From assembly GCA_043719295.1 (NCBI GenBank), contig JAYSUD010000001.1, positions 189,799 through 253,798 on the forward strand: a stretch of 64,000 bases of DNA. Direction: 5' to 3'. Positions 1-10,902 of this stretch are shown here, in pieces. Under the pieces are notes generated by a model, which saw only the letters and a list, made by a program, of their open reading frames with translations, was not told the origin of the DNA and searched no databases. Position numbers and translations under genes: made by a program. Source of the DNA: a bacterium (GTDB lineage Bacteria > Patescibacteriota > Minisyncoccia > Phycocordibacterales > UBA918). How positions within the stretch are numbered: the stretch's first letter is position 1; each line of letters starts with the position of its first letter.

Positions 1-6
1 CGCGAT

Positions 7-336
7 ATGTCGTTTTTGATGGAATACATTGTTCAGAATGAACCCGACATTTTAACGTACACTCGTGAAGATGTTGCACGTGTCTACGCAGAATCAGGTG
101 AGCACCACGATGCAGAAAACACGAACTACTACATTGACGAAATCCCTGGGCTTATTGGTTCAAAAACAGGTTACACAGAATTAGCAGGAGGCAATCTTGT
201 CATAGCTTTTAACGTTGGCTTAAATCGACCAATTGCAATTGTGATTCTTGGTTCAACCCAAACCGAACGATTTACCGACGTTATGAAACTAGTTGAAGAG
301 AGTCAGAAGTACGTACTCGCTTCAGAAACGCAATAG
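7..336 (+). CDS. C-terminal fragment of a PBP/beta-lactamase-fold serine hydrolase (likely D-Ala-D-Ala carboxypeptidase); 5' end lies outside the window
   Basis: KTGYT (KTG box) motif in GSKTGYTELAGG; the ORF runs from the window edge and stops 14 bp before mraY. Confidence 0.45.
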   Translation: MSFLMEYIVQNEPDILTYTREDVARVYAESGEHHDAENTNYYIDEIPGLIGSKTGYTELAGGNLVIAFNVGLNRPIAIVILGSTQTERFTDVMKLVEESQKYVLASETQ

Positions 337-350
337 CATCACAAAAACTT

Positions 351-1409
351 ATGGAATACGCAATATTTAAAATCTTGATACCTGCAATTTTATCTTTTGT
401 GATAGGAATTATCATTACCCCACTACTTACTCACTATCTCTATAAACATAGAGTATGGAAAAAAGAAGGGGGCAAGACCGCGTTAAACGGAACTGTTGCA
501 ACTGAGTTCAACCGACTGAAAGGAAATGACGAAACAAAGACCCCACGAATGGGTGGCATCATTATTTGGGGGAGCGTATTTCTGACCGTACTGCTTCTTT
601 TTATCCTTGAGCGACTTTTCCCACAAACCCTCTTTGCAAATCTTGATTTCTTCAGTCGTGAACAAACATGGATACCCCTTTGTACCTTGGCAATTGGTGC
701 AGGCATCGGATTCCTGAACGATTATTATGATGTTCACCATGATGGAAAAGGAATACGTTTGTCAAAACGGATTCTCATGATTTCAATTCTCTCTGGACTT
801 ATAGGTTGGTGGTTTTACTACAAACTTGGCGTATCACACATCGGTATTCCATTTGATGGTTCGTTATACGTTGGAATACTTATTATTCCATTTTTCATCC
901 TCCTTACTAACGCACTTTATGCAAGTGGCGTTATTGACGGTATTGACGGACTTTCAGGCGGAGTTTTTACCTCAATCTTTTTAGCCTATGCAGGAGTTGC
1001 AGTCATTCAATCACAGTTTGAGATTGCTGCGTTGTGTGCAACTATCGCTGGGGCAACATTAGCGTTTACTTGGTTTAATGTTCCACCTGCTCGTTTTTGG
1101 ATGACGGAAACAGGGTCTATGGCACTAACCCTCACACTCTCAGTTATTGTACTCATGACTGACAACCTTGGTGATGGCCACGGCATCTCATTACTCTTTA
1201 TTATTGGACTTCCATTGATTGCAACTGTTGCTTCAAACGTTTTACAAATTTCATACCGCAAAGCAACCGGCAAGAAACTATTTAGAATTGCGCCACTTCA
1301 TCATCACTTTGAAGCTATTGGATGGCCCTCGTATAAGGTGACCATGCGCTATTGGATTATTAGTATTATGTGCGCGTTGCTTGGAGTTATCTTAGCTAGT
1401 ATTTTTTAG
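351..1409 (+). CDS. mraY: phospho-N-acetylmuramoyl-pentapeptide transferase
   Basis: 10-TM protein with D-D-x-D-G and PLHHHFE motifs typical of MraY. Confidence 0.9.
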   Translation: MEYAIFKILIPAILSFVIGIIITPLLTHYLYKHRVWKKEGGKTALNGTVATEFNRLKGNDETKTPRMGGIIIWGSVFLTVLLLFILERLFPQTLFANLDFFSREQTWIPLCTLAIGAGIGFLNDYYDVHHDGKGIRLSKRILMISILSGLIGWWFYYKLGVSHIGIPFDGSLYVGILIIPFFILLTNALYASGVIDGIDGLSGGVFTSIFLAYAGVAVIQSQFEIAALCATIAGATLAFTWFNVPPARFWMTETGSMALTLTLSVIVLMTDNLGDGHGISLLFIIGLPLIATVASNVLQISYRKATGKKLFRIAPLHHHFEAIGWPSYKVTMRYWIISIMCALLGVILASIF

Positions 1410-1432
1410 TAAAACATGTTTATAAAACTTCA

Positions 1433-1530
1433 GATACGAGGCGTGGAGGAGAATAAGGACGAGGCGTACGGGGAGTACGTTGAGTTCTTGGTCGACGACA
1501 ACAACGAAGTAGGTGAGGGTTTTAAACTTG
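1433..1530 (+). repeat. divergent or partial copy of interspersed repeat family 2 (cgaggcgtac / gtacgtt blocks)
   Basis: Shares the cgaggcgt(ac) and gtacgttg blocks with copies at 55561, 60168 and 63291. Lies in the mraY-ftsW spacer. Confidence 0.35.
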
Positions 1531-1534
1531 TTTT

Positions 1535-2632
1535 ATGCAAAAAGGAGTAGACAGAACGTTACTCGGAATAATCATTTTTTTAGTGGTTTTTGGTTTTTTT
1601 GTATTCTCATCTGCTTCTTTAGGACTTCTCGCACGTGATGGAGCAAACTTTTCTTCCGTTGCATTTAGTCAGGTTGTCTTTGGTATTATCGGTGGCGGTT
1701 TAGCGATGTTTTTAACAAGCCAACTCTTTTATCGAAATTGGCGAAAGTACGCATTTCACATTTTTGTTGCAACAATACTTCTTGCGCTTGCAGTACACTT
1801 GCCATACATAGGAAAAGAGTACGGTGGAGCACGACGATGGATTGAGATTTTTGGTTTTTCGTTTCAACCTGCTGAACTCCTAAAAATTGGGTTTATTGTG
1901 TATATGGCAACCTGGCTCTCTGGGATACAGAAAAACATTCACACCTTTAAACAAGGAACATTACCGTTCCTTGGACTTACTTCTATTGTGGGGGTAGTAA
2001 TGCTCATCCAACCTGACACCGACACATTCTTAATCATGGCTACTGCAGCAACGGCAATGTTTATTACTGCGGGAGGGAGGTGGCGTGACGTTGCATTGAT
2101 GTTTTTTGGATCTATACTTCTTCTTGCACTCTTAGCACTTTCTCGCCCATACATCATGGACCGTATCATGACGTTTTTTAATCCAACGTTAGATCCTCAA
2201 GGAAAAAGTTACCAGATACAACAATCACTTATTGCCATTGGTTCAGGAGGGTTTACGGGAAGGGGATTTGGACAAAGTATTCAAAAGTTTGAATACCTTC
2301 CTGAACCAATTGGTGACTCGGTGTTCGCAGTATATGGAGAGGAATTTGGATTTTTAGGTAGTTCACTCTTAGTAATGCTCCTTGCATTTTTTACCTTCCG
2401 TGGATACAAAATTGCTTCACATGCAACAGACTTGTTTGGGATGCTGTTAGTTGTAGGGTTCATGACACTTATAGTTCTTCAAGCATTTTTAAACATCGCC
2501 GCCATGCTCGCCCTAGCCCCCCTAATGGGCCTCCCACTCCCATTCATAAGCCACGGCGGAACGGCCCTCTTAGCCACACTAGCCTCAGTTGGTATTGTAC
2601 TGAACGTATCAAAGTATCAGAAGAAGAAGTAA
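1535..2632 (+). CDS. ftsW: SEDS-family peptidoglycan glycosyltransferase FtsW/RodA
   Basis: Multi-TM SEDS protein. Its position after mraY in the dcw context favours FtsW. Confidence 0.85.
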   Translation: MQKGVDRTLLGIIIFLVVFGFFVFSSASLGLLARDGANFSSVAFSQVVFGIIGGGLAMFLTSQLFYRNWRKYAFHIFVATILLALAVHLPYIGKEYGGARRWIEIFGFSFQPAELLKIGFIVYMATWLSGIQKNIHTFKQGTLPFLGLTSIVGVVMLIQPDTDTFLIMATAATAMFITAGGRWRDVALMFFGSILLLALLALSRPYIMDRIMTFFNPTLDPQGKSYQIQQSLIAIGSGGFTGRGFGQSIQKFEYLPEPIGDSVFAVYGEEFGFLGSSLLVMLLAFFTFRGYKIASHATDLFGMLLVVGFMTLIVLQAFLNIAAMLALAPLMGLPLPFISHGGTALLATLASVGIVLNVSKYQKKK

Positions 2633-2670
2633 GCCACAGAGCGCAAGCGACAATGGCGAACTTCCGTCCC

Positions 2671-2955
2671 GATTTTTGCTGTTGACAGAGAACCTCACTA
2701 TCAGCCTCAGCGTTGCTGTGCTGATAGTAAGGTTCAGCAAAAATCGCTGGACGTCTCGAACGCTGAGATGACTCGACGGCTTGCAGTGATTAGAATTTGT
2801 TCCCAATTTTCTGCTTCTGACCAAGAACAATACTTACTGCCTCAGCTTTGCTGTGCAGAAAGTATTGTTCAGCAGAAACCGCTGGAACTCTCCAACGCTC
2901 AGCTAACTCCTGCTCTTTCTCAACTTCTGGAACTCTCCAACGCTAAAATGACTCC
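2671..2955 (+). repeat. tandem pair of REP-like imperfect hairpins (family 1): conserved loop ctcagcKttgctgt, conserved 3' tail gctggaactctccaacgct (x2)
   Basis: Hairpin A at 2671-2745 (gatttttgctg...cagcaaaaatc, about 30-bp stem). Hairpin B at 2809-2877 (ttctgct...gcagaaagtattgttcagcagaa). A third copy at 23075-23150 has a different stem sequence with the same loop and tail. Confidence 0.6.
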
Positions 2956-3087
2956 GTCTATATAACAAATATTGCTCATTTTTAAAAAAGATGTACGATT
3001 AAGTACAAATAGTTGTTCAAAGTTGTAGGAGATAGTTACAAACTTATTTTAATACCTATGAACAGAATGCCCGAATGGAGCGACTAC

Positions 3088-6000
3088 ATGACTTTTTTAA
3101 TATTGAAAAAAAGTGCGAGCTGTATGCTCGCGCTTTTTGTTTTATTGAGTCCAGTTTTAGTTAGCGCAGTAGAATCAGAAACGACAGTTTCTACTGAGGA
3201 AACATATAGCGTTGTTGAATCAGAAACTGATAGTGCGGCAGTGACTCAAAGTAAGGCAACAAAAGAAACTCCTCCTGCAGAGGCACCTCAACCAGTATCA
3301 CAAAGCTCTTCTGCAACTTCAGAAACTCAAGCGGGTACTTCGTATCTTTACGACCCTGGTGCACGCTCTGATTTCCCTAAAGTAAATACCCAAGATGGAT
3401 CAATGCAGTTTAGTTATGATGTTAAAGTGCCGCAAGGCAGAGGAATTACGACTCCCTCGCTTACTCTCAGTTACAATAGCAATTTTACCGCTCAAAACAG
3501 TGCCTTTGGTTACGGGTGGTCCATTTCTATTCCGAGTATCAAAAGAATGAATAAACAAGGTACAACGTACCTTTATTCAAAAAACTTTTTTGAATCGAGT
3601 TTTGATGGTGAACTAGTGCGTGTTTCTACATCAACATATTTACCCAAGGTTGATACAGGCAGTTATAGAAAATACAATTTTTCAAACAATGTTTGGACTA
3701 TTACAGAAAAAGATGGAACAAAATATATTTTTGGATCTACCACACAATCACGACACAATAACCCTGCAAGTAGCACGCAAATCTACGCATGGAATCTTGA
3801 AGAAGTTCGTGATACCAACAGTAATTATGCTTCGTATACCTACTTCAAAGATCAGGGACAAATTTACCCAAATACTATTACCTATTCAGGAAATAATGTA
3901 ACTCCGGGAGTATTTTCAGTTGTCTTCAACCGTCAAGCAAGAGGGGACGACATAGTGTCATACGAGACAGGGTTTATTGCAACTACTTCATTTAGAATAA
4001 ATCAAATTGAGACACAGCAGAGTAGCTCATGGCTGCAAAGATATGACCTAGGGTATACAACAGGAGCAAATAGTAATCGATCACTACTTTCTTCTGTCAC
4101 TCAATCAGGGAGAGATGAAAGTGGTGTAGTGTCTAGCTTGCCTTCAACAAATTTTTCTTATGAGACACAAACTACAGGAGATAAGCAGTGGACTACTGAT
4201 GCAAGCTGGACTATTCCTGAAAACTTTATAACTGGCTATGCAAACTTAGACGAAGGCGTCCGTGATTTTGATATTAACGGTGACGGACTCATCGATATTA
4301 TTAAATATAAAAATGCGAAGATTTCTCCTACATACGCAGCAACACCTTCACAAACCATCTGGCTCAATACAGGAACTAGTTGGGCTACAACTTCAACGTG
4401 GACACTACCTCAACCCATGGCAACAACCACACCATTTGCATTTGTAGGGTACGAACCAAGTCTGGGTATTAGTAGTGTCGATCTTGGCGCACGTTTTGCT
4501 GACGTTAATGGAGACGGATTCACCGATATTCTTTGGGGATATAAAACAGACACAACAGGAATGCCGTACCCGTATAATCATAATTTTGGAAAGGTGTATC
4601 TTAACAACAAAACAAATGGATTTACTGAAAGTGCTAATTATGCTCTCCCAACAGACATTCGATTTGTAGTACAAAATAAAGACGGAGGGGTACAAATTGC
4701 TGACATTACGGGAGACGGATTGCCAGACTTACTAAAATCATCCAAGATTGTAGCAAATGGAAGTACAACAATTTCAAAAAAAGTGTACGTAAATAATGGT
4801 GTCACATGGGTAACTGCTTCGACATCATGGAGTATTCCTGAGCTCATTTTAGATCAAGGAGAAGATGCGGGAACGAGGGTTATTGATATAAACGGCGACG
4901 GCCTTGCCGATATACTTCGTAATACCGCAAGTGATTACAATCAAGGAACGTTGCAAGTAAATAAAACATATCTTAACACTGGTTACGGATGGAAAGCAGT
5001 TTCAGATACTTGGGATTCACCAGTGCCATTTGTGTATCTCTTTCAAACACACGGAGTTCAATCGCTTTCACCTCGTTTTGTAGATATTAACGGGGATGGA
5101 CTTATAGACATCTATTCAAATCAAAGTGGATCAATCTATTCAAACACCTCAACCCATATAAACACTGGTGAAGGATGGTCTGATCAATCATCAACTTGGA
5201 CTGAGCCACAACTACTGAAGTTTACGTACGCAAACAATGGAACATGGGGTGCAGAGACAGGTGTTCGCTTGATGGACTTAGACGGCGACAACATGATCGA
5301 CTTTGTGAAGTCTGGTCCAAATAACACATACCCAACTGACAGTCACGAGAAAAAAGTGATGATCCATAATGCTACTGTCCCTGATTTGCTTAAAACAGTT
5401 GAGTACCCTGAAGGTGGATTGCTTCAGGTAAGTTACAAACAGTCTCCTTTGTACAAAAACAGTCTTAATAAAAATCGGAATCCGTTACTTCCTCGTGTTC
5501 TTAATACTGTATTTACACTTACATACGATGACAAAGTAACAACACCCTACACAGACACCTACTCGTACGACGGTGGTTCATACTTTTTTGGCTCATCAAC
5601 AAACAGGTACTTTGCAGGATTCGGAACTACTACTGTTGTTGATTCAATTGGAAACATTACAAAATCATATGCTCATCAAGGTAATACATCACAATCCCAA
5701 CTTGGTGAATTTCAAGACTCTGAAGTAAAAATCGGAAAGCAGTATAGTATCGAAAAGTTTGATGTTAACAAAAATCTGTACGCACGAACTATCTCACAGT
5801 GGGAAAGCTATAACCGTGGTAGTGGCGCGACATACGTCTATAAGACAAAGGATCTCACACAGCAATATGATGGTGATACCGACCACAAAGACACAGTAGT
5901 AATTTACAACGTAGGAGCAGCAGCAGGTAACCTAATTACACTCATTGAACTTGGAGAAGTAACTTCAACAACAACTACTGGTGCATTTGTTGACACAGGT

Positions 6001-9000
6001 ACTGACCGAAAAGATACAACATACCAATACGCACAAAATGCTGGACTTACTATTATTGGCCTACCTTCTAAAGAAACGGTAACCAATCAATCTGCAGTCA
6101 AAGTGAGAGAAACAAACTACTACTACGACAATCAAGTACTTGGCACTGCAACTCTTGGTAACGTAACAAAGAAAGAAGACTGGGTTGTTGGTTCAACATA
6201 CGTCAATACCAGAAGCACCTATAACAGCTATGGCCTTCCTACAAAATTGATGAACACCAAAGGGGCGACGACTTCACTTAAGTACGACACACTTAACTTA
6301 TATCCGACAGTTATATCTAATCCGTTGTTGCAAAGTGCAACAAGCTCTTTTGACTATACCAATGGAAGAGAGAAAACTTTATTAACTCCAAACAATGTTC
6401 TCTTTGAGACAAAGTTTGATGGACTTGATAGAGTAATCCAAACAAAAAAACCAGATCCTACTACAGGAGTAAGTACCATTGCAAGCGAACTAAGTTACGG
6501 AACTACGAGAAATGCATTTAATGTATTTTCTACATCCAACGTCACTCCTTCTGTAGCAGTACTTGAATATCAATACCTTGATGGCTTTGGAAGAAAAATT
6601 CAAAATCGAAAAGAAGCTGAAACAGCAGGTCAATACGCCGTATCTGATTACACGTACGGAAAAAACGGCAGGCTCATAAAAGCATCTCTCCCGTACTTTA
6701 GTAATGGTACAAATAAAACTTCACCAACATCACAAATAAACTTATATACTTCATACAAATATGATCCACTTGAGCGCGTAAGTGCTGTGGTGACAACTAT
6801 TGGTACAACATCAACTGCCTATGACCAATGGAGACAAACTGAAACAAATGCAAAGGGAAAACAAAAAGTGTATGTGTATGATGCATACAATAACCTTGTT
6901 GCTGTAGAAGAGAAGGAAGGTGTAAATACCTATACCACAAGTTACCTCTACGACCTTAATAAAAACCTTACCAAAGTTACTGACTCACTGGGGAACATTA
7001 GAAATGCCACCTATGACGGACTCAGTCGTCGCCTTACACTCCAAGATCTTCACGCAACTGCAGATACCACCTTTGGATCCTGGACATCAAGCTACGATAC
7101 AGAAGGGAACATAACTTCAATTACGGACCCTAAAGCTCAAGTTATCAATCGCACCTACGATACACTAAATAGACAACTCACAGAAAACTACACAGGGACT
7201 GCAGGTACAGAACTTACTTATGCGTACGACACCTGTACTAAAGGAATAGGATTCCTCTGTACTGCCAAAAACACTGATGCCACAACTACTTACAAATACA
7301 ATCCTGCCGGGGGAGTGTATGTACAAAATGAAACAGTTGGTAGTACAAAGTACACAGCTACAACAACCTACACACTAAGGGGCGACGTAAGTACTTCAAC
7401 TTATCCAGATCGCGCACAAGTTGTGTATCGATTCGACGGAGCTGGTAACATTACTGCAATAGGAGAAAAAGAACTCACGGGTGCACTTCATGACATAGTA
7501 ACCAACATTGACTACGGTCCACATGGACAAATCATCTACCGTGAAAACGGTAACGGTGTGTATACTAATTACGTGTACGACGCTAACGCCCTCTACAGAC
7601 TCAAAGCACAGAAGACAACCGCTGTTGCAGGCACCGGAGGAAGTGGTGTAGATCAACAAGCACTTGAGGCTGAGCTTATCTTCACACTTCCCCAAAGTAC
7701 AACAACTTTAAGTGATTATACGGGGAGTTTTGCCACCTCAAGTACTGAGGCGACATCAAGCGCAGTTGCTACTGATTTTGAAACTGTGGAAACTTCCGCT
7801 ACTTCGTCACAGAGTACAAAAGCAATAAACCAAGAAATTAAGTCTGCTACAACTACAACACAAATAAAAAAAGATGTCGCCACAACTACACAAAACAGCA
7901 AAGTTGACGTACCAGAATCAGAACGCATCAAAGATGTTCAGGGTGCAAAAATTGCGTCGTCACTCTTAGGTAAAAACTTCCTTGAACGTGCAGAGCTAAA
8001 AGCTCAAGCGATGTCTTTAGTTAAAATTGGAACTTCAACTCCAATAGTTGACAGTAAATTTGGTATAACTCTTGAAATTCAAGCAATTGAAAAAATAGAA
8101 AATGGGGTACAAGTATTTATCCGTGCATGGAAAAATGGAAAACAACTTGGCTTCGGGCCAGATGGTTCTATTGAAATTGAGCGTATTCGTATCATCAATC
8201 CACCGATTCTCGTACGACGCAACGGTCAACTTGTAGAGGACCTCAAGGTAGCACTTGAAGAGTCAGTACTCCATACTGTTGCAAGTATCGGACAAGAAAA
8301 CACATCAATTCTTGCAGGTTCAATCGGGAACACAACTACAACAGTCTATCCTGCTTCAGGTGCAATAAGTCCAGTTGATGGACGATGTTCAGAAGACAGA
8401 TACCCTAGTTGGACACAAGTTAGAGACAGCCTAAATTGTCGAATTAGTAGTGTTGTTGAAGCAAACGGCAATCTTTATAACACACTAGGTACCGGCAGTG
8501 GTGCTTCTAATTATGCAATCACAAGAAACTATACGTTTTTTGATACAAGTGCTATCCCTGATATGGATGCAATTTACTCTGCGACGTATTCGCTTTTTGG
8601 GAATGGACCAGGCGATACAAGTTTGGCAGGTACAGTGCAACGGGTTCATGTAGTAACTTCAAATTCTATAAATTCAAGTAACATCTACACCTCAGATTTT
8701 CCGAGTGTAGGGTCAGTATCATTAGGTGAATCTGACAATTCCTGGGACACTGCAAACTATAACGACTTCCCACTAAACGCAACGGGGATGAGTGCTGTAT
8801 CAAAAGTAGGAATTACAAAATTTGCTATCCGCGGTCACTATGACTTGATGGATATTGTTCCCGACAACGCAAACGAATTCAGTGTTGGTTTCTACTTTGC
8901 AGATCAAGCCGGAACAACCAATGATCCAAAACTCATTGTGCAACACACTGCAAACGCAATTCCACTTCCACCTATATTGCTTAGAACCGAAGGAGTTGCT

Positions 9001-10902
9001 AACCCAACAGGAGTTCAAGATTCTACACCAGATTTTTCTGCAATCTTCAGAGATAGCGATGTCGGTAATGTGGCTTCAGCATACCAATTACAAGTAAGTG
9101 CATCATCAACAAACTGGAATACTCTTGTATGGGATTCACTCCAAACAACCCTTAACCCAACAGTAGCTATTGGTGCCCGAAGTCAAGAAATCGCGTACGG
9201 AGGAGGAGCTTTAGTTCCAAGCACTAATTACTACTGGCGAATTAAATTCTTTGACAACCTCAATACCGCAGGGTCATGGAGTACCACAACCGCAAGCTTC
9301 TCACTTGCAAACTTTATTGGCATTAAACATCTTATCTATAATTACGACGTACTTGGTAACATCACCTCTATTAGCGATGTTACAAATCCACTAAGTGCAA
9401 CCGCTAACGTGTATACCTACGACGACCTCAATCGATTACTAACGTATGCGACAGCACCGGTAACAGTTACTCAAACAGCAGATCCACTCTTACCAACAAT
9501 TGCACTTGGATCAAACACCAATCAAGAAGCATACACATACAACTCCCTTGGCAACCTCCTAACCAAAACAGGACAAGGAAGTTACATATACGCTGGTAAC
9601 ACAGCCTCTTTGTACGCAAATCCTCACGCGCCAACAAGTATAAACAGCGTGTCACACACCTACGACCAAAACGGTAACCTCACCAACAAAGGTACCAACA
9701 CCTACTCATGGCACTATACCAACCGTATGGCAGGCTCTGTTGAAGGTGTAAACACCCTCACATACACATACAACACCCAAGGCCAACGTATCTCAAAGAC
9801 AAAGGGAAGTACAGTAACTCGGTATCCTTTCGTGAATTACGAAGTACGAGGAAGTACCACAACCAAACAAGTGTTCTTAGGGGATACACTGGTAACTACA
9901 ATAGAAAACAACGGCAGCTCCTCCAAAGCCTACCAAGTCCACCCTGACCATCTTGGAAGTACACTCTTTACCACCACAGAACAAGGGAAGGTGGCACAAC
10001 TTTTGTCATACAAACCGTATGGAGAAGAGACTATGGGGACGAGTTCTAATAGAGTACAGAGGCACTATATTGGACAGACCAGTGACAGTGAGACAAGTCT
10101 TGATTACTTGAATGCGAGGTACTATGATCCGAGGAAGGGGGAGTTTATTTCACAGGATCCGGTGTTTTTAAGTAATTCACAGAATCTTGCAAATCCGCAG
10201 TCATTAAACAGTTATAGTTATGCTGAAGGGAATCCTATTAATCGGAAGGATCCAAGTGGGTTGGCTACTTGGCAAGGATCTAAAAAGGCAATCTTAAAAA
10301 GTACAGTAAAGATTCTCCAGAGTTATGAGTCACTTCTTCGAAGTGCAAAAGCCGATCCGGTACGTACAGCTAAAGCTGTGGGAAAGTCTGCGGGGAGTTC
10401 GGCTGTAAATGTACTATTTAATTCTGGTGGAATGACTTATGATGCAGCAGCAGCAACAAGAGACAGCATAAAGAAATTCGGAAACGGTTCTGATGCGGTT
10501 CAAGATCAAATGATTGGGAATGGAGCTGTATTTGTGGTAGGTTTCTTTCTTCCGGGAAAGAATTTAAAGAGGATCCCAGATGATGCCTTAGTGGTTAGAG
10601 GAGGTGGTCCTTCCAACTTCGCCCCAGACAAGTTCAGGATTGCAGAGCATAAAAACGCTCCTGGAGTAGTCGGATTCTCAGTGCAATGTGCTTCAGGAAT
10701 GTGTGCAAATGACCTTGCAAGTAATCTACCAAATCAACAGGTTGCACAAACAACTGTTGCACAAATTAGGGCAGCGGGTGGAGACGTTGTTGCTACACCT
10801 GGCCACGGCCAACATTCAACCGTCACAGGGTTAGATGGGCAAGCAGCAAGTCAAGTGCAGTGGGGATTCTTTACAAACCCTAATCCTTGGGATGGCTCAT
10901 GA
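3088..10902 (+). CDS. secreted giant polymorphic toxin: signal peptide, SpvB/TcB N-domain, FG-GAP/VCBS-like DxNGDG repeats, an FN3-like insert, RHS/YD repeats, an RHS repeat-associated core, a DPSGL cleavage motif and an unclassified C-terminal toxin domain (alternative start at 3013)
   Basis: SpvB-like PSLTLSYNSNF...GYGWSISIP motif. Six DINGDGLIDI-type repeats. Many YxYDxxGRL RHS repeats. YQVHPDHLGS...YKPYGEE...ARYYDPRKGEFISQDPV core. PINRKDPSGL followed by a 212-aa tail. Confidence 0.85.
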   Translation: MTFLILKKSASCMLALFVLLSPVLVSAVESETTVSTEETYSVVESETDSAAVTQSKATKETPPAEAPQPVSQSSSATSETQAGTSYLYDPGARSDFPKVNTQDGSMQFSYDVKVPQGRGITTPSLTLSYNSNFTAQNSAFGYGWSISIPSIKRMNKQGTTYLYSKNFFESSFDGELVRVSTSTYLPKVDTGSYRKYNFSNNVWTITEKDGTKYIFGSTTQSRHNNPASSTQIYAWNLEEVRDTNSNYASYTYFKDQGQIYPNTITYSGNNVTPGVFSVVFNRQARGDDIVSYETGFIATTSFRINQIETQQSSSWLQRYDLGYTTGANSNRSLLSSVTQSGRDESGVVSSLPSTNFSYETQTTGDKQWTTDASWTIPENFITGYANLDEGVRDFDINGDGLIDIIKYKNAKISPTYAATPSQTIWLNTGTSWATTSTWTLPQPMATTTPFAFVGYEPSLGISSVDLGARFADVNGDGFTDILWGYKTDTTGMPYPYNHNFGKVYLNNKTNGFTESANYALPTDIRFVVQNKDGGVQIADITGDGLPDLLKSSKIVANGSTTISKKVYVNNGVTWVTASTSWSIPELILDQGEDAGTRVIDINGDGLADILRNTASDYNQGTLQVNKTYLNTGYGWKAVSDTWDSPVPFVYLFQTHGVQSLSPRFVDINGDGLIDIYSNQSGSIYSNTSTHINTGEGWSDQSSTWTEPQLLKFTYANNGTWGAETGVRLMDLDGDNMIDFVKSGPNNTYPTDSHEKKVMIHNATVPDLLKTVEYPEGGLLQVSYKQSPLYKNSLNKNRNPLLPRVLNTVFTLTYDDKVTTPYTDTYSYDGGSYFFGSSTNRYFAGFGTTTVVDSIGNITKSYAHQGNTSQSQLGEFQDSEVKIGKQYSIEKFDVNKNLYARTISQWESYNRGSGATYVYKTKDLTQQYDGDTDHKDTVVIYNVGAAAGNLITLIELGEVTSTTTTGAFVDTGTDRKDTTYQYAQNAGLTIIGLPSKETVTNQSAVKVRETNYYYDNQVLGTATLGNVTKKEDWVVGSTYVNTRSTYNSYGLPTKLMNTKGATTSLKYDTLNLYPTVISNPLLQSATSSFDYTNGREKTLLTPNNVLFETKFDGLDRVIQTKKPDPTTGVSTIASELSYGTTRNAFNVFSTSNVTPSVAVLEYQYLDGFGRKIQNRKEAETAGQYAVSDYTYGKNGRLIKASLPYFSNGTNKTSPTSQINLYTSYKYDPLERVSAVVTTIGTTSTAYDQWRQTETNAKGKQKVYVYDAYNNLVAVEEKEGVNTYTTSYLYDLNKNLTKVTDSLGNIRNATYDGLSRRLTLQDLHATADTTFGSWTSSYDTEGNITSITDPKAQVINRTYDTLNRQLTENYTGTAGTELTYAYDTCTKGIGFLCTAKNTDATTTYKYNPAGGVYVQNETVGSTKYTATTTYTLRGDVSTSTYPDRAQVVYRFDGAGNITAIGEKELTGALHDIVTNIDYGPHGQIIYRENGNGVYTNYVYDANALYRLKAQKTTAVAGTGGSGVDQQALEAELIFTLPQSTTTLSDYTGSFATSSTEATSSAVATDFETVETSATSSQSTKAINQEIKSATTTTQIKKDVATTTQNSKVDVPESERIKDVQGAKIASSLLGKNFLERAELKAQAMSLVKIGTSTPIVDSKFGITLEIQAIEKIENGVQVFIRAWKNGKQLGFGPDGSIEIERIRIINPPILVRRNGQLVEDLKVALEESVLHTVASIGQENTSILAGSIGNTTTTVYPASGAISPVDGRCSEDRYPSWTQVRDSLNCRISSVVEANGNLYNTLGTGSGASNYAITRNYTFFDTSAIPDMDAIYSATYSLFGNGPGDTSLAGTVQRVHVVTSNSINSSNIYTSDFPSVGSVSLGESDNSWDTANYNDFPLNATGMSAVSKVGITKFAIRGHYDLMDIVPDNANEFSVGFYFADQAGTTNDPKLIVQHTANAIPLPPILLRTEGVANPTGVQDSTPDFSAIFRDSDVGNVASAYQLQVSASSTNWNTLVWDSLQTTLNPTVAIGARSQEIAYGGGALVPSTNYYWRIKFFDNLNTAGSWSTTTASFSLANFIGIKHLIYNYDVLGNITSISDVTNPLSATANVYTYDDLNRLLTYATAPVTVTQTADPLLPTIALGSNTNQEAYTYNSLGNLLTKTGQGSYIYAGNTASLYANPHAPTSINSVSHTYDQNGNLTNKGTNTYSWHYTNRMAGSVEGVNTLTYTYNTQGQRISKTKGSTVTRYPFVNYEVRGSTTTKQVFLGDTLVTTIENNGSSSKAYQVHPDHLGSTLFTTTEQGKVAQLLSYKPYGEETMGTSSNRVQRHYIGQTSDSETSLDYLNARYYDPRKGEFISQDPVFLSNSQNLANPQSLNSYSYAEGNPINRKDPSGLATWQGSKKAILKSTVKILQSYESLLRSAKADPVRTAKAVGKSAGSSAVNVLFNSGGMTYDAAAATRDSIKKFGNGSDAVQDQMIGNGAVFVVGFFLPGKNLKRIPDDALVVRGGGPSNFAPDKFRIAEHKNAPGVVGFSVQCASGMCANDLASNLPNQQVAQTTVAQIRAAGGDVVATPGHGQHSTVTGLDGQAASQVQWGFFTNPNPWDGS

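Noticed and set aside
440-1273. Minus-strand ORFs inside mraY (88, 85 and 88 aa)
   Set aside because: They are fully embedded antisense to a well-supported membrane protein gene and are frame artefacts.
3013-3087. Upstream extension of the RHS ORF (MFKVVGDSYK...)
   Set aside because: The signal peptide begins at the internal Met (MTFLILKKSASCMLALFVLL), so 3088 is the more plausible start.
10264-10899. Assigning the RHS tip to ADP-ribosyltransferase or deaminase families
   Set aside because: R, S-T-S and ExE motifs in the required order are not present, and the H-x-E/PCxxC deaminase signature is absent (EH...CASGMC only). It is left unclassified.
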